DNA of 64,000 bases from an uncultured Chloroflexia bacterium (GTDB taxonomy: Bacteria > Chloroflexota > Limnocylindria > QHBO01). Of the stretch, positions 1-10,376 are shown piece after piece; within the stretch, counting starts at the first letter, position 1, and every line of letters starts with the position of its first letter. The DNA is taken from NCBI GenBank assembly GCA_963773695.1, contig CAVZCE010000004.1, forward strand, positions 391,476-455,475. The letters are read 5' to 3'. The notes beneath the pieces were generated by a model. That model was not told where the DNA came from. It made no database searches and saw only the letters and a program-made list of their open reading frames with translations. The translations under genes and the position numbers were made by a program.

Positions 1-811
1 CGATGATCTTGCCGAGCACCGTGAGGTCGGGCCGGACCGCGTACCGCTCCTGCGCTCCGCCGGGGCCGAGACGGAAGCCGGTGATCACCTCGTCGAAGAT
101 GAGCAGCGCGCCGCTCGCGGCGGTGAGCTCACGCAGCCCCTCGAGGTAGCCCGGGGCGGGGAGCACCACACCCATGTTCGCGGCGACCGGCTCCACGATC
201 ACCGCCGCCACGGGGCGCGAGGCGAGGGCCTCGCGGATGGCAGCGAGGTCGTTGTAGGGCACGACGACGGTGTCGCGCGCCACCGCGTCCGGAACGCCTG
301 CGCTCGCCGGCAGACCCCAGGCGCCGGAACCGGCGCGCACGAGGAGCGCGTCCGCGTGGCCGTGGTAGCCGCCGGCCATCTTCACGATCGCGTCGCGTCG
401 GGTGAATGCGCGGGCAAGCCGGATGGCGGACATGGCCGCCTCCGTCCCGCTGTTGACGAAGCGCAGGCGCTCGATCGACGGCACGGCGGCGACGACCGCC
501 TCGGCGAGCTCCACCTCTCCCCGGCACGGCGCGCCGAACGAGGTCCCGCGGGTGGCGGCGTCCCTCACCGCTTCCACGACCGCGGGGTGGGCGTGTCCGA
601 GGATCATGGGCCCCCAGGAGCCGATGTAGTCGATCAGCTCGTTTCCGTCGACGTCCCACACCCGGGCGCCCAGCGCCCGCTCGATGACCCGGGGCGTGCC
701 GCCGACCGCGCCGAATGCGCGGACCGGCGAGTCGACCCCGCCGGGCAGGATCCTCTCCGCGCGATCCATGAGCTGCTCCGACCGGCCCGCCGCCTGGCGC
801 ACGGCGCTCAT
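1..811 (-). CDS. hemL: glutamate-1-semialdehyde 2,1-aminomutase (3' end runs off the window)
   Basis: The minus-strand frame from ATG at 811 reads [33 protein letters not shown]...SFGAP...NSGTEA...[11 protein letters not shown]...[10 protein letters not shown], the GSA-aminomutase/class III aminotransferase pattern. It is absent from the ORF track because it has no stop in the window. Its ATG overlaps the hemQ stop (ATGA). Confidence 0.9.
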   Translation of the reverse strand, partial: MSAVRQAAGRSEQLMDRAERILPGGVDSPVRAFGAVGGTPRVIERALGARVWDVDGNELIDYIGSWGPMILGHAHPAVVEAVRDAATRGTSFGAPCRGEVELAEAVVAAVPSIERLRFVNSGTEAAMSAIRLARAFTRRDAIVKMAGGYHGHADALLVRAGSGAWGLPASAGVPDAVARDTVVVPYNDLAAIREALASRPVAAVIVEPVAANMGVVLPAPGYLEGLRELTAASGALLIFDEVITGFRLGPGGAQERYAVRPDLTVLGKII

Positions 812-1494
812 TCGGCGCTCCCCGAGAGGCGGCGGAGGATCTCGCCCAGCGGGCGGTGGATGCCGGTGATGATGGGCGTGTCGCGGACGGTGGCCCGCCG
901 GCTCTCCGAGGAACGCAGCTCGCGGACGAGGTCCTGGAACGCGACGAGGTCATCGGTCTCGTAGGCGACGATGAACTCCTGGTCGTCGAGGCCAAAGCTG
1001 TACGCCAGCAGCTGGCGCACCTGCGGGTAGCGGTGGCCGATCCGCATGTGCCCGCGCATCACCTCGCCGCGCTCCTCGTCGGAGGACAGGTACCAGTCGG
1101 TGCTCTTCACGAACGGGTAGACGACCAGGTACGGCGAGCGCTCGCCCTCGAACAGGCTCTGCTCCTGGGCGCTGGCCCGACGCACGTACTGGCTCGGCCG
1201 GGTGAGGCCGATCATGGAGAACGCGGGGGTCATCCAGCGACCGATGCCGGCTGCCAGCAGGTCCGCCGCGGTCTCCTCGAGCGTTTCGAGCCCATCGGTC
1301 ATGCGCCACAGCAGGAGGTCGCCGTTCGCGCGGAGCCCGATGGTGGAGTAGGCGTGCTGCACGAGGCGCTCTCCCGCCCGCTCCGCCGCCGCGCAGAACC
1401 CGGCCACGTCCTCGTCACGCTCGGCGCGCCGCCGGCGGCGCCACGCCGGGTCGAGACGCAGCAGCCAGGCGTGGACGAATTGCTCGCCGCTCAT
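808..1494 (-). CDS. hemQ: coproheme decarboxylase (chlorite-dismutase-family HemQ/ChdC)
   Basis: 228-aa ORF with ...[62 protein letters not shown]..., typical of HemQ. It sits inside the heme operon, with ATGA overlaps on both sides. Confidence 0.85.
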   Translation of the reverse strand: MSGEQFVHAWLLRLDPAWRRRRRAERDEDVAGFCAAAERAGERLVQHAYSTIGLRANGDLLLWRMTDGLETLEETAADLLAAGIGRWMTPAFSMIGLTRPSQYVRRASAQEQSLFEGERSPYLVVYPFVKSTDWYLSSDEERGEVMRGHMRIGHRYPQVRQLLAYSFGLDDQEFIVAYETDDLVAFQDLVRELRSSESRRATVRDTPIITGIHRPLGEILRRLSGSAE

Positions 1495-2537
1495 GCCTGC
1501 CCTTCCTCCCGCAGCCAGCGCGCCGCCTCGGCGGCGAAGTAGGTGACGATCAGGTCGGCGCCGGCCCGGGCGATCGCCGTCAGGCTCTCCATGGCGGCGG
1601 CGCGACGGTCGAGCCAGCCACGCTCCGCCGCGGCGACGATGGCCGCGTACTCGCCGCTCACCTGGTAGGCGGCGACGGGAACCTGCGTCCTGGCGCGCGC
1701 GGCCGCGACGAGGTCGAGTGCCGGCAGCGCCGGCTTGACCATCACCGCGTCGGCACCCTCCGCCACGTCGGCGTCGATCTCGCGGAGAGCTTCGCGCCCG
1801 TTGGCCGGATCCATCTGGTAGCTGCGCCGGTCACCGAAGGCGGGCGCGGAGTCGGCGGCGTCGCGGAACGGCCCGTAGAAGGCCGACGCGTGCTTGGCGG
1901 CGTAGGCGAGGATCGCGGTCTCCGCCAGTCCCGCTGCGTCCAGCCCGGCGCGAATGGCGGCGACCTGGCCGTCCATCATGGCCGAGGGCGCCACGATGTC
2001 GGCGCCGGCCCGGGCCAGCGAGACGCCGGTCCGGGCGAGAAGGTCGAGCGTCGGATCGTTGGCGATCCGTGCCTCCCCGTCTACGTCCACCAGGACCCCG
2101 CAGTGGCCGTGGCTCGTGTACTCGCAGAGGCAGACGTCCGCGGCGATGACGAGCCCGGGATCCGCGGCGCGGATGGTCCGCACCGCACGCTGCACGATCC
2201 CCTCGTCGTCCCAGGCGCCCGATCCGTCCGCGTCCTTGCGCGACGGGAGCCCGAACAGGAGGACGGAGCGGATCCCGGCCGCGCCCAGCTCGGCAACGAC
2301 CTCCGGCAGCATGGCGAGCCCGAGGCGTGACTGGCCGGGCATCGAGGCGATCGGCTCGCGACCGGCCACCTCCTCGCTCACGAAGAGCGGCTGCACCAGC
2401 ATCTGCGGGTGGAGGCGGGTCTCCCGGACCAGGCCGCGCAGCGCCGGGGAGCGGCGGAGGCGGCGGCCGCGGAGGGCCATGCTCCCCGGCGTGCCGGCGG
2501 ACGCCGCCGTGGTCGGTCGTTCGACGCTCAGGCTCAT
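1491..2537 (-). CDS. hemB: porphobilinogen synthase (delta-aminolevulinate dehydratase)
   Basis: This is the C-terminal 348 aa of track ORF 1491..3407, starting at MSLSVERP (ATG 2537, ATGA overlap with the hemD stop). Motifs present: [70 protein letters not shown]. The upstream part of the track ORF is Arg-rich shadow. Confidence 0.9.
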   Translation of the reverse strand: MSLSVERPTTAASAGTPGSMALRGRRLRRSPALRGLVRETRLHPQMLVQPLFVSEEVAGREPIASMPGQSRLGLAMLPEVVAELGAAGIRSVLLFGLPSRKDADGSGAWDDEGIVQRAVRTIRAADPGLVIAADVCLCEYTSHGHCGVLVDVDGEARIANDPTLDLLARTGVSLARAGADIVAPSAMMDGQVAAIRAGLDAAGLAETAILAYAAKHASAFYGPFRDAADSAPAFGDRRSYQMDPANGREALREIDADVAEGADAVMVKPALPALDLVAAARARTQVPVAAYQVSGEYAAIVAAAERGWLDRRAAAMESLTAIARAGADLIVTYFAAEAARWLREEGQA

Positions 2538-3286
2538 GCGATCTCCTCGAGATGACCGGCGATCGCGGTCGCGAGGCCGGTGACGGTGTGCTCGGTGGCG
2601 ACGATGGGGACGGTGAAGCCCGCGGTACGGGCGACATCGGCCGTGACCGGACCGATGCAGCAGGCCGGGAGGCGCCACAGCGCCGTGCGCTGCGTCTCCC
2701 CGGCGAGACGGAGCAGCCCGCGGACCGTGGACCCACTGGTGAAGGTCACGCCGTCGATGCCGGTCTGCAGCGCGGCCTCCAGGAGCGGACGGCTCGCCTC
2801 CGGCCCTTCGATCGTGCGGTAGGCGACGACCTCCTCGACCCGGGCGCCGCGGGCGCGAAGCGCCTCGGCCAGGTCGGGCGTGGCGGCGTCGGCGCGCGCC
2901 AGGAGGACGCGGGCGCCGCGCAGATCCCCCAGGCCGTCGGCGATCGCGACGGTGCGGTACTCGGCGGGAACATGGTCGACCCGCAGGCCCCCGGCCCGCA
3001 GCGCCGCCGCCGTCGCCGGCCCCACGGCGGCCACCCGTGTCTCCACCGGTAGGGAGCGCCGCAGCGCGGCGAGCCGCCCGAGAAGCGCGTCGGCGCCGTT
3101 GACGCTCGTGATCACCAGCCAGCGCACGCCCTCCATCCCGCGCAGCGCGACTTCGAGCGCGGCGTCGCCGTCGACCCCGCCCGTCGCAACCGCGGGGACG
3201 GCGACGGCATCGATCCCGCAGGCGGCCAGCGCGTCGACGAGGGCGGCGGCCTGCGGGGCGGGGCGGGTGACGAGGAGACGTGTCAT
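2534..3286 (-). CDS. hemD: uroporphyrinogen-III synthase
   Basis: 250-aa ORF starting [20 protein letters not shown]...[13 protein letters not shown]...[12 protein letters not shown], the HemD two-lobe pattern. Positioned between hemC and hemB with overlapping stop/start codons. Confidence 0.8.
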   Translation of the reverse strand: MTRLLVTRPAPQAAALVDALAACGIDAVAVPAVATGGVDGDAALEVALRGMEGVRWLVITSVNGADALLGRLAALRRSLPVETRVAAVGPATAAALRAGGLRVDHVPAEYRTVAIADGLGDLRGARVLLARADAATPDLAEALRARGARVEEVVAYRTIEGPEASRPLLEAALQTGIDGVTFTSGSTVRGLLRLAGETQRTALWRLPACCIGPVTADVARTAGFTVPIVATEHTVTGLATAIAGHLEEIA

Positions 3287-4197
3287 GCGGACGCGGAGAT
3301 GGGAGCGGTGAGGGCCGCGGCCGCTTCGGCGACGAGCGCGTCGAGCGCCGGGACCGGCCCCACGAGGTCGGCACGGGCGAACTCTCCGTCCCGCTCGTAG
3401 ACCGCACGCAGCCGTATCGAGCCGGCGTCCACGGTCACGAGCGCCCCGAGCGGCGCCAGGCAGCCACCGCCCACGGCGCGCAGCAGGGCCCGCTCGGCGC
3501 TCACCGCCAGCCGGGTCTCCGCGTGGTCCACGCCGGCCAGCCCGTCCACGAGGTCCCGATCGGCGGTGCGCACCTGGAGTGCGATCGCCGCCTGTCCCGG
3601 CGCCGGAAGCATCACGTCGAACGGAAGCCGGCGCAGCCCCGGCACCTCGATTCCCAGCCGGTCGATGCCCGCGGCGGCCACGATGAGCGCATCGAGCGAG
3701 CCCTCGGCAAGCCGGCGCAGCCGCGTCTCGACGTTGCCGCGGATCGGCATCGCCACCAGGTCGGGACGCACCGCGGCGACCTGGGCGGCGCGCCGCACGC
3801 TGCTCGTGCCGATCCGTGCTCCAAACGACAGGTCCTCCAGCGCGACGCCGTCGGCGCTCACCAGGCAGTCGCGGGGGTCGCCGCGCTCCAGGATGGCGGC
3901 CAGCCGGAGATCCGGCCGCGACTCGGTCGGGAGGTCCTTGAGGGAGTGGACCGCGACGTCGATCTCTCCGGCGAGCAGGGCGCGCTCCAGCTCGGAGGTG
4001 AACTGGCCGTCGCCCGTCACCCAGGTGCCGGCCGGTCGTCGTGCGCTTAGGGCGTCGCCGCGGGTCCGGATCTCGACGATCGAGACGGCGGGCGCGTCCG
4101 GCAGCGACGACACCGCGCTCGCCGCCAGGTCCGCCTGGACGAGCGCGAGGCGGCTCCCGCGAGTACCGATGCGGACCGTGCGCTGGACTCGGGTCAT
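3283..4197 (-). CDS. hemC: hydroxymethylbilane synthase (porphobilinogen deaminase)
   Basis: 304-aa ORF with [15 protein letters not shown]...IRTRGD...[28 protein letters not shown]...[11 protein letters not shown]...GGCLAPLGA. Confidence 0.9.
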   Translation of the reverse strand: MTRVQRTVRIGTRGSRLALVQADLAASAVSSLPDAPAVSIVEIRTRGDALSARRPAGTWVTGDGQFTSELERALLAGEIDVAVHSLKDLPTESRPDLRLAAILERGDPRDCLVSADGVALEDLSFGARIGTSSVRRAAQVAAVRPDLVAMPIRGNVETRLRRLAEGSLDALIVAAAGIDRLGIEVPGLRRLPFDVMLPAPGQAAIALQVRTADRDLVDGLAGVDHAETRLAVSAERALLRAVGGGCLAPLGALVTVDAGSIRLRAVYERDGEFARADLVGPVPALDALVAEAAAALTAPISASA

Positions 4198-4204
4198 CGG
4201 CGCA

Positions 4205-5464
4205 TCAGTCGATCCCGAACACGTCGCGGACCCGTTGCGCCGCGTCCGGATCGCGGCCCAGCTGCACGCTGGGCTGGTGGAGCAGCTCGCCGACGAGCGC
4301 GGCGGCCATGGCGTCCACGGCGGCGGCCTGGGCCTCCGTCAGGTCCAGGCGGGCCGTCAGGCGCGCCACGTGACGCCGCCGGACCTCGTCACCATGGTGG
4401 CGAAGAAGGGCGACGCCGCTCCCGTTCCCGCTCCCCCGCAGCTCGAGCCATTCCTCGAAGCGCCGCGCCTCCCGGAGCGCCTCCGCACGCAGGCGTCGCT
4501 CCGCGCGCGGCGCGAGCGCCTGGCCGGACGCCGCCGCGCCCAGCCCATCAAGGTCCAGGAGACGCTCCCCGAGGAGCGCCGCCGCCGCCGCGCTCACGGT
4601 GCGCGGCGCGGACAGGTCCACGACGTGGGGTGGGGTGCCGGTGAGGTGCTCCGGCGCCAGGACGCACGCCGCGTCCCGTACGGCCACCGCAACCGCCTCG
4701 AACGCGAGCGGACGCGACAGGGCCGCATCGAGGGCCACGGCCGCATGTCCGGATCCCGCCAGGGAGCCGGCCAGGCGCTCGGCGCGCGGGAGATGCCGGG
4801 AGGCGACGGTCACGGTGACGCCGCCATCGGCCAGCAGCTCCGCCATCCGCCGCCCCATCTCGCCGGTGCCGATGACCAGGGCCCGGGGCGCCGGCTCGGC
4901 CGGGATCCTGTCGAGGAGCCAGCGGGCGCCGCGATCGGCCAGCGAGCGGTCTCCGCCGGGCCTCGCCTCGGAGCGGACGCGCCGGCCGAACCGGATGGCG
5001 CGTCGCATGAGCTCGGAGAGCACCGTCCCGCTCGCTCCGGACTCGTGCGCCTGCCGGTAGGCCTCGCGCACCTGCCCGAGGATCTGCTCCTCCCCCACAA
5101 CGGCGGAGTCGAAGCCGCCTGCGATCAGGAAGATGCGCTCCACCGCCGCGGTTCCCGTCAGGCGACGGGTCCCGGGCGGAAGGTCCGGCTCACGCCCATC
5201 GGCGAGCAGGCCGAGCTTCTCGACGCGATGGCAGGTATGCAGGACGAGCTGCTCGCTGAAGAGCGGATCGGAGCCGGACAGCGCCTCCGCGAGGCGCTCC
5301 CGCGCCTCGGTGTCCATCTCACGATAGGTGGCAGCGATGACCGTGAGATGGGCGATATCGGCGCGTGGACGGGAAGACCCGGCTCGGTGGGGTCGCGGTG
5401 CTTCCACCAGGGGTGCCCCTTGGTCTGGGACTGAGGTCGCGGCAGCCGCGAACGCTAGCCGCAC
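4205..5464 (-). CDS. hemA: glutamyl-tRNA reductase (exact start uncertain)
   Basis: 419-aa ORF with LHTCHRVE, AGGFDSAVVGEEQILGQVREAY, the Rossmann motif VIGTGEMG and a C-terminal dimerisation helix. The conserved core begins near HLTVIAATYRE, so the GTG at 5464 may be upstream of the true start. Confidence 0.85.
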   Translation of the reverse strand: MRLAFAAAATSVPDQGAPLVEAPRPHRAGSSRPRADIAHLTVIAATYREMDTEARERLAEALSGSDPLFSEQLVLHTCHRVEKLGLLADGREPDLPPGTRRLTGTAAVERIFLIAGGFDSAVVGEEQILGQVREAYRQAHESGASGTVLSELMRRAIRFGRRVRSEARPGGDRSLADRGARWLLDRIPAEPAPRALVIGTGEMGRRMAELLADGGVTVTVASRHLPRAERLAGSLAGSGHAAVALDAALSRPLAFEAVAVAVRDAACVLAPEHLTGTPPHVVDLSAPRTVSAAAAALLGERLLDLDGLGAAASGQALAPRAERRLRAEALREARRFEEWLELRGSGNGSGVALLRHHGDEVRRRHVARLTARLDLTEAQAAAVDAMAAALVGELLHQPSVQLGRDPDAAQRVRDVFGID

Positions 5465-5489
5465 GAACCGGCCCGGTCAAATCCAATCG

Positions 5490-5501
5490 TAGGAATTCCT
5501 A
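5490..5501. promoter_or_regulatory. 12-bp perfect palindrome TAGGAATTCCTA in the hemA/MFS divergent intergenic region (candidate operator)
   Basis: Read directly. This is the only AT-rich perfect palindrome in the 96-nt divergent region between the hemA start and the MFS start. Confidence 0.3.
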
Positions 5502-5560
5502 GATTTGCAGCCGATGACGGGGCCCCCGCCGTTCCCTCCATCGGCACCATCGCAAGGAAG

Positions 5561-6853
5561 GTGCACAATGGCCCGGTGACCCCGCGACCGCGGCAGGGAA
5601 GCGCGTCGTCACCCGAGCTCGGGTTCCTGCTGCTAACCACCTTCCTGAACTTCGTCGGGTTCAGCCTCCTCGTCCCGATCCTCCCCTTTATCGTGGCCCG
5701 GTACGTCCACGACCCGGCGTGGGTCGCCCCGGACGTGGGGCTGCTCCTCGGCGCCTACGCGCTGTGCTCGTTCGTCGCCGCGCCGGTGCTCGGCGGGCTG
5801 AGCGACCGCTTCGGCCGGCGCCCGGTCCTGCTGGTGAGCCTCCTCGGGTCGGTGATCGGCTACGTCGTGTTCGCCCTGGGCGGCTCGCTCGTGGTGCTCT
5901 TCGCGGGGCGGATCATCGACGGCCTCACGGCGGGGAACATGAGCACCATCAACGCCTACCTCGCCGATGTCACCGAGCCGGACGAACGGGCGCGCACCTA
6001 CGGAATGGTCGGCGCGGCGACCGGCCTGGGATTCATGACCGGCCCCGCGATCGGTGGTCTCGCCGCGCGGGTGGACCTCTCGGCTCCGGTCTGGATTGCC
6101 GCCGGCGTGGTGCTCCTCGACCTCGTGTGGGGCGCCGCAGTGCTGCGCGAGAGCCTGGCGCCGGCGGACCGGGTCCGACGCCTGCGGAGCGCCCAGCTCA
6201 ACCCCCTGGGTCAGCTCGGCAACGTCCTGCGCGCCGCGCCCGTCCGGCGCTCCTTCGGCGCGGGCTTCCTCTTCCTTCTCGCCTTCGCGGGCCTGGAGGC
6301 CATCACGCCCGTCTACGCCCGGGACCTCTTCGGCTGGGATGTGCAACGGGTGGCGGTCCTGCTGGTGGTGGCGGGACTCTGCAGCGTGGTCACCCAGGGC
6401 ATGGGCGTGCGGCTCCTCCTGCGAAGGATCGGCGAGCACCGCACGGCATCCCTGGGGCTCACCCTGGCGATCGTGGGCCTCGCCATCGCCGCCCTCACCT
6501 CGCTGGTCGGGGCGGAGCGGGGCCTGCGGACGGTGCTCATCTACGCGGGCATCACCGTCTTCATCGTCGGCGACGGGCTCTTCGAGCCATCCAACCGCGC
6601 CCTGGTCGCCAACAGCGCCGGGCGCACGGAGCAGGGACGCGTCCAGGGCTCCTACCAGGCGCTGGCGTCCATGACGCGCATCATCGGGCCGCTCCTGGGG
6701 GCTGCCCTGTACGGGCTGGCCGCCGGTCTTCCCTACGCGTCGGAGGCGGTGCTGGCCGGGCTGGCCCTGCTCGCCTTCGGCGCCATGCCGTTCCACCTGC
6801 GGCGGGAAGGCCCCCGGCCGGTGATCGAGGACGAGCCGATGGCGGACGCCTGA
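5561..6853 (+). CDS. MFS transporter (DHA1/tetracycline-efflux-like)
   Basis: 430-aa ORF with 12 hydrophobic segments and the MFS loop motif GGLSDRFGRRPVLL. Confidence 0.8.
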   Translation: MHNGPVTPRPRQGSASSPELGFLLLTTFLNFVGFSLLVPILPFIVARYVHDPAWVAPDVGLLLGAYALCSFVAAPVLGGLSDRFGRRPVLLVSLLGSVIGYVVFALGGSLVVLFAGRIIDGLTAGNMSTINAYLADVTEPDERARTYGMVGAATGLGFMTGPAIGGLAARVDLSAPVWIAAGVVLLDLVWGAAVLRESLAPADRVRRLRSAQLNPLGQLGNVLRAAPVRRSFGAGFLFLLAFAGLEAITPVYARDLFGWDVQRVAVLLVVAGLCSVVTQGMGVRLLLRRIGEHRTASLGLTLAIVGLAIAALTSLVGAERGLRTVLIYAGITVFIVGDGLFEPSNRALVANSAGRTEQGRVQGSYQALASMTRIIGPLLGAALYGLAAGLPYASEAVLAGLALLAFGAMPFHLRREGPRPVIEDEPMADA

Positions 6854-6911
6854 CGGCCTGGAGGCCCCGACGCCGCGCGCTGCGCACGATCTCCCTCGGC
6901 GCAGCCTCTCC

Positions 6912-7400
6912 TCAGCGCAGCGTCTTGAGGTACGCCAGCAGGTCGCGCCAGTCCGCGTCGCTGAGCTGCCAGCGGGGCATCGTCGTGTCCAGCGTGTCCC
7001 CGTCCGCCCCGATGCCCTGGACGACGGCCCGCCGGATCTCGGCCTCCGTATAGACCGGGCCTCGTCCGCCATCCACCTCCACCATGCCCGCCGGATCGGT
7101 GAGGTTGGCGTACGTGATGTCGGGGGCGCGGAACATCATCGTCGTCGTGCCGCGTCCGCCGGCCCCGTGGCAGGCGGCGCATCCGGCCCCCGTCATCATC
7201 CCGACGCCGCCGGTGCGCGGGATCGCCGCGCCGTCGGTTCCGATCCCCGAGTCGAAGATGCGCTCGCCGGCAGCCACCGCCCCCGGAGTGCCGGCGGGGA
7301 CCGATGGCACGGTGATCGCCGGAGCGCAGGCGGCGAGGACGAGCACCAGGAGCGGCCCGAGGCGGCGCGGCGCGAGCCGCACCAGCGGATGGCGGAGCAT
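6912..7400 (-). CDS. lipoprotein c-type cytochrome
   Basis: This is the C-terminal 162 aa of track ORF 6912..7784, starting at MLRHPLVRLAPRRLGPLLVLVLAAC (lipobox LAAC). It carries the heme-binding motif CAACH and a downstream Met (TTMPRW). The rest of the track ORF overlaps the ArsR gene antisense and is rejected. Confidence 0.7.
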   Translation of the reverse strand: MLRHPLVRLAPRRLGPLLVLVLAACAPAITVPSVPAGTPGAVAAGERIFDSGIGTDGAAIPRTGGVGMMTGAGCAACHGAGGRGTTTMMFRAPDITYANLTDPAGMVEVDGGRGPVYTEAEIRRAVVQGIGADGDTLDTTMPRWQLSDADWRDLLAYLKTLR

Positions 7401-7484
7401 CGGCCAAGCATCCGCCGAATCCCTCACCCGGCGCAAGGGAGCGCCGGCTTGCCCCCGCCACGCATCGGTGCAAGACTGTGATAT

Positions 7485-7859
7485 ATGAGCAACCGTGCAG
7501 GTATGTCCGCGCTCAGCGAGGGGGATGCCCAGGCGCTGGCCGGGATCTTCGGAACGCTCGCGGATCCCACGCGGGCTCGCCTCCTCCACCTGCTGAGCCT
7601 CGCGGATGAGCTCTGCGTCGGCGACCTGGCCCTGCTCGTGAACCTCAGCGAATCGGCGGTCAGCCACCAGCTCCGCGTCCTCCGCGATCGCCGCGTGGTG
7701 AGCCGCCGGAAGGCCGGCCGCCTCGTCTACTACCGGCTCGCGGACGAGCACATCCGCCACGTCCTCGCCGATGGGCTCCAGCACGTGACCGAGACGGTGG
7801 CGGCGGTGCCCGTGGTGGCGACGGCCGTCACGGCCCCGCGGGTGGGCGTCGCCCGATGA
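7485..7859 (+). CDS. ArsR/SmtB-family metalloregulator
   Basis: 124-aa ORF with LADPTRARLLHLLSLADELCVGDLALLVNLSESAVSHQLRVLRDRRVV (winged HTH, ELCV(G)DL metal-site region). ATGA overlap with the CDF gene. Confidence 0.85.
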   Translation: MSNRAGMSALSEGDAQALAGIFGTLADPTRARLLHLLSLADELCVGDLALLVNLSESAVSHQLRVLRDRRVVSRRKAGRLVYYRLADEHIRHVLADGLQHVTETVAAVPVVATAVTAPRVGVAR

Positions 7860-8761
7860 GCTCCCGGGTGCACGGGCACGTCGCCTCCGCGGCGGGAGCC
7901 GGAGCCCGGCGGCTCATCGCGGTGGGCGCACTGGTCCTCGCCTTCATGGCGGTGGAGGTCGTCACCGGGCTGCTCACGCACAGCCTGGCCCTGCTCGCCG
8001 ATGCCGGCCACATGCTCGCGGATGCCGCCGGCATCGGCCTGGCGCTCTTCGCCATCTGGTTCGCCCGCCGACCCGCCACCCCGGAGAAGACCTACGGCTA
8101 CTACCGCGTCGAGATCTTCGCCGCCGCGATCAACGGCATGCTCCTGCTGGGGATCAGCGGTTTCATCTTCTACGAGGCGTTGCGCCGGCTGGGCCAGGCA
8201 CCGGAGGTGACGGGGGCGCCGATGCTCGGCGTCGCGGTCCTGGGCCTGCTGGTGACCGGCGCCTCGGCGCGTCTCCTGCACGGTGGCGCCCAGGAGAGCC
8301 TGAACCTGCGCGCCGCCTATCTCGAGGTGATCGGCGACCTGCTGGGGGTCTGCGCCGTCATCGTCGCCGGCGTCGTGATCCTGCTCACCGGCTGGACGCC
8401 GATCGACGCGCTCGCATCGCTGCTGATCGGCCTGCTCATCCTGCCGCGGGTCTGGAGCCTGCTGCGCGAGGCGACCGACATCCTCCTCCAGGCGGCCCCG
8501 CGCAACGTCGACCTCGACGAGGTGCGGGCGCACGTCCTGGGCGCGGAGGGAGTGACGGACATCCACGATCTCCATGCCTGGACCCTCACCTCGGGGATCA
8601 ACGTCGTCTCCGTGCACGTCGTTGTGCGGCCCGATGCCGACCCGTCCGCCGTCCTGGACGAGCTGTGCGGCTGCCTCGCCGACGACTTCGACATGGAGCA
8701 CTCCACGATCCAGGTCGAACGGACGGACCGACGGCCGGTGGAGCACGTCACCCACCCCTGA
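7856..8761 (+). CDS. cation diffusion facilitator (Zn/Co/Cd efflux, CzcD/ZitB-like)
   Basis: 301-aa ORF with SLALLADAGHMLADAAG, six TM segments and a C-terminal cytoplasmic domain (DIHDLHAWTLTSG). Confidence 0.9.
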   Translation: MSSRVHGHVASAAGAGARRLIAVGALVLAFMAVEVVTGLLTHSLALLADAGHMLADAAGIGLALFAIWFARRPATPEKTYGYYRVEIFAAAINGMLLLGISGFIFYEALRRLGQAPEVTGAPMLGVAVLGLLVTGASARLLHGGAQESLNLRAAYLEVIGDLLGVCAVIVAGVVILLTGWTPIDALASLLIGLLILPRVWSLLREATDILLQAAPRNVDLDEVRAHVLGAEGVTDIHDLHAWTLTSGINVVSVHVVVRPDADPSAVLDELCGCLADDFDMEHSTIQVERTDRRPVEHVTHP

Positions 8762-8805
8762 TGCCCCGCGGCTGAGGCCCCGAGGCGTCCGGTTCGGAGC
8801 GCCGG

Positions 8806-9267
8806 TCAGCGGCGAAGCGCGCGATACACGGCGACGGTGGCGATGCCGTAGCCGAGGTGGGGCAGGAGATCGGCGAGCCAGCCGGACGGGCCCCAGGTGA
8901 GCGGATCGGTCGCGCCGGTCGCGGTCGCGGGCACGTCGGTGGCGGCCATCGCCACGACGCCGAGGAGCGCGCCGGAGACCGGAAGCGGAAGGTCCGGCAG
9001 CGTCCGCTCCGCGAGCCCGTAGGCTGCCCCCAGGCCGAGCCCCGCGCCGTAGCCGAGCAGGCTCCCCGCCGCGGTCCGCCGGCTCCGGGTGGTCTGCGTG
9101 TCGTCAGCGGCCAGCCGCATCCCGGCGCTCTGCGCGAGGCGGGTGGCCGTCTCCGCCGGGACCGAGCTCGAGGGCCGGGCCCGGACGAACATGTCGAGGT
9201 ACGTCATCAGGTTGATGACGGCGGTCCCGGCGGCACCTGCCGCGAGGCCGAGAATTGCGTTGCCCAT
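8806..9267 (-). CDS. hypothetical membrane protein
   Basis: 153-aa ORF of non-shadow composition with Gly/Ala-rich hydrophobic segments (MGNAILGLAAGAAGTAVINLMTYLDMF...). No family recognised. Confidence 0.45.
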   Translation of the reverse strand: MGNAILGLAAGAAGTAVINLMTYLDMFVRARPSSSVPAETATRLAQSAGMRLAADDTQTTRSRRTAAGSLLGYGAGLGLGAAYGLAERTLPDLPLPVSGALLGVVAMAATDVPATATGATDPLTWGPSGWLADLLPHLGYGIATVAVYRALRR

Positions 9268-9363
9268 GACACCTCCTCAGGTGGTCAGCGTTCGTGGTTG
9301 CCGACCGCCGGGAGGTGCACGGGTGATGCCGCCCGTAAGGGGACGTGCGTCCCCGGGGATTCC

Positions 9364-9762
9364 CTAGACGGCCATCCCCTGGTCTTCGAGCGCCGTCTCG
9401 ATCGCCTCGCGCAGGGTCTCCGGGTCGGGGTCGTCCTCCAGCGGGATGACGCGCTCCGGACCCTCGCGCTCGATCCAGTCGAGCGAGGCATCGGCGGAGG
9501 TAAGGATCACCGGCAGATCCGCGTAGACGTCGCGCAGGTGGCTGACCAGTCCGTGACCGGCCGCGCCGCCCCCGGCCACGTAGGCGTCATAGACGAGGAC
9601 GTCGGCGCGGTCGACGAGCGGGCAGGGCAGGTCGTCGACGACGGGGCAGGCCTCCTGCTGCGGACCCCCGCACTGCTCGGTCTCGTAGCCCCGGCCGCGC
9701 AGGTCGGCGGCCATGCGATCAGCGACCGCTCGGTCGCGGTGGACGATGACGACGCGGGTCAT
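9364..9762 (-). CDS. orphan receiver-like (pseudo-receiver) domain protein with Cys-bearing insertion
   Basis: 132-aa ORF with a REC-like beta/alpha pattern: RVVIVHRD, VLVYDAYV and PVILTSA. It lacks the canonical DD pair and the conserved Lys, and has the insert EQCGGPQQEACPVVDDLPCP. Confidence 0.45.
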   Translation of the reverse strand: MTRVVIVHRDRAVADRMAADLRGRGYETEQCGGPQQEACPVVDDLPCPLVDRADVLVYDAYVAGGGAAGHGLVSHLRDVYADLPVILTSADASLDWIEREGPERVIPLEDDPDPETLREAIETALEDQGMAV

Positions 9763-10376
9763 GGTGGGTGCCTCCTTCGTGACGCCGTCCAGGCTCGGTC
9801 CGCGATGGCGTCACCGGTTCGCGGATGGCCTGAGGCTGGAGGCTGGCGCGTATCGGTCACCAGTGCCAAGAGTCACCCCGCGGCAGGCCCACGGGTCCTA
9901 TCACCCGCGGCCCGCGCCCCGTGGCCGGCCCGGAGTCAGGCCACCGTCTGCCGCGGTCGGAGACGCAGCATTCCCGCCAGCTCGACGGCCATGGCCGCCG
10001 CCATCAGCGCGCTCAGGACCCGCCGCCGCGGCGTGCGTGCAGCGGGCGAGACGTCCCAGGGCATTCACCAGGGCCAGGCCGGTCATGCCGATGGAGATCC
10101 GATAGAGGACCGGGTGAGCCAGGATGCAGGCGCCGGGCTGCGGGATGGACACCGGGATCGCCTCCTTCGATGGCGGGCGCTTCTTGTGAGCCTTCATTCC
10201 GCCGGAGGCAGCCTCTCCCGGTTCAGGGCGCCTTCACCAGTGCCGGTCCGACCCAAGACGGGACCGATTGACGGACAAGCGGCACGTCAGCAGAAGCGGA
10301 ATCTCCTTCACGAGCTGGGACCGGGCGGCACGCTCGCCGCCCGGTCCCAGCGGGGTCGCCGGAACGGAGCTCGACG

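Noticed and set aside
1-5464. The heme operon as a candidate novel system.
   Set aside because: The gene content and order (hemA-C-D-B-Q-L with overlapping stops and starts) are standard for organisms using the coproporphyrin-dependent branch. Only the upstream palindrome is reported.
9763-10376. ORF 9901..10197 (-), MKAHKKRPPSKEAIPVS..., possibly a small membrane protein. Its tail (RRRVLSALMAAAMAVELAGMLRL) continues in another frame.
   Set aside because: There is no recognisable family and the composition is mixed. It needs a frameshift to make sense, so the evidence is insufficient to call a gene.
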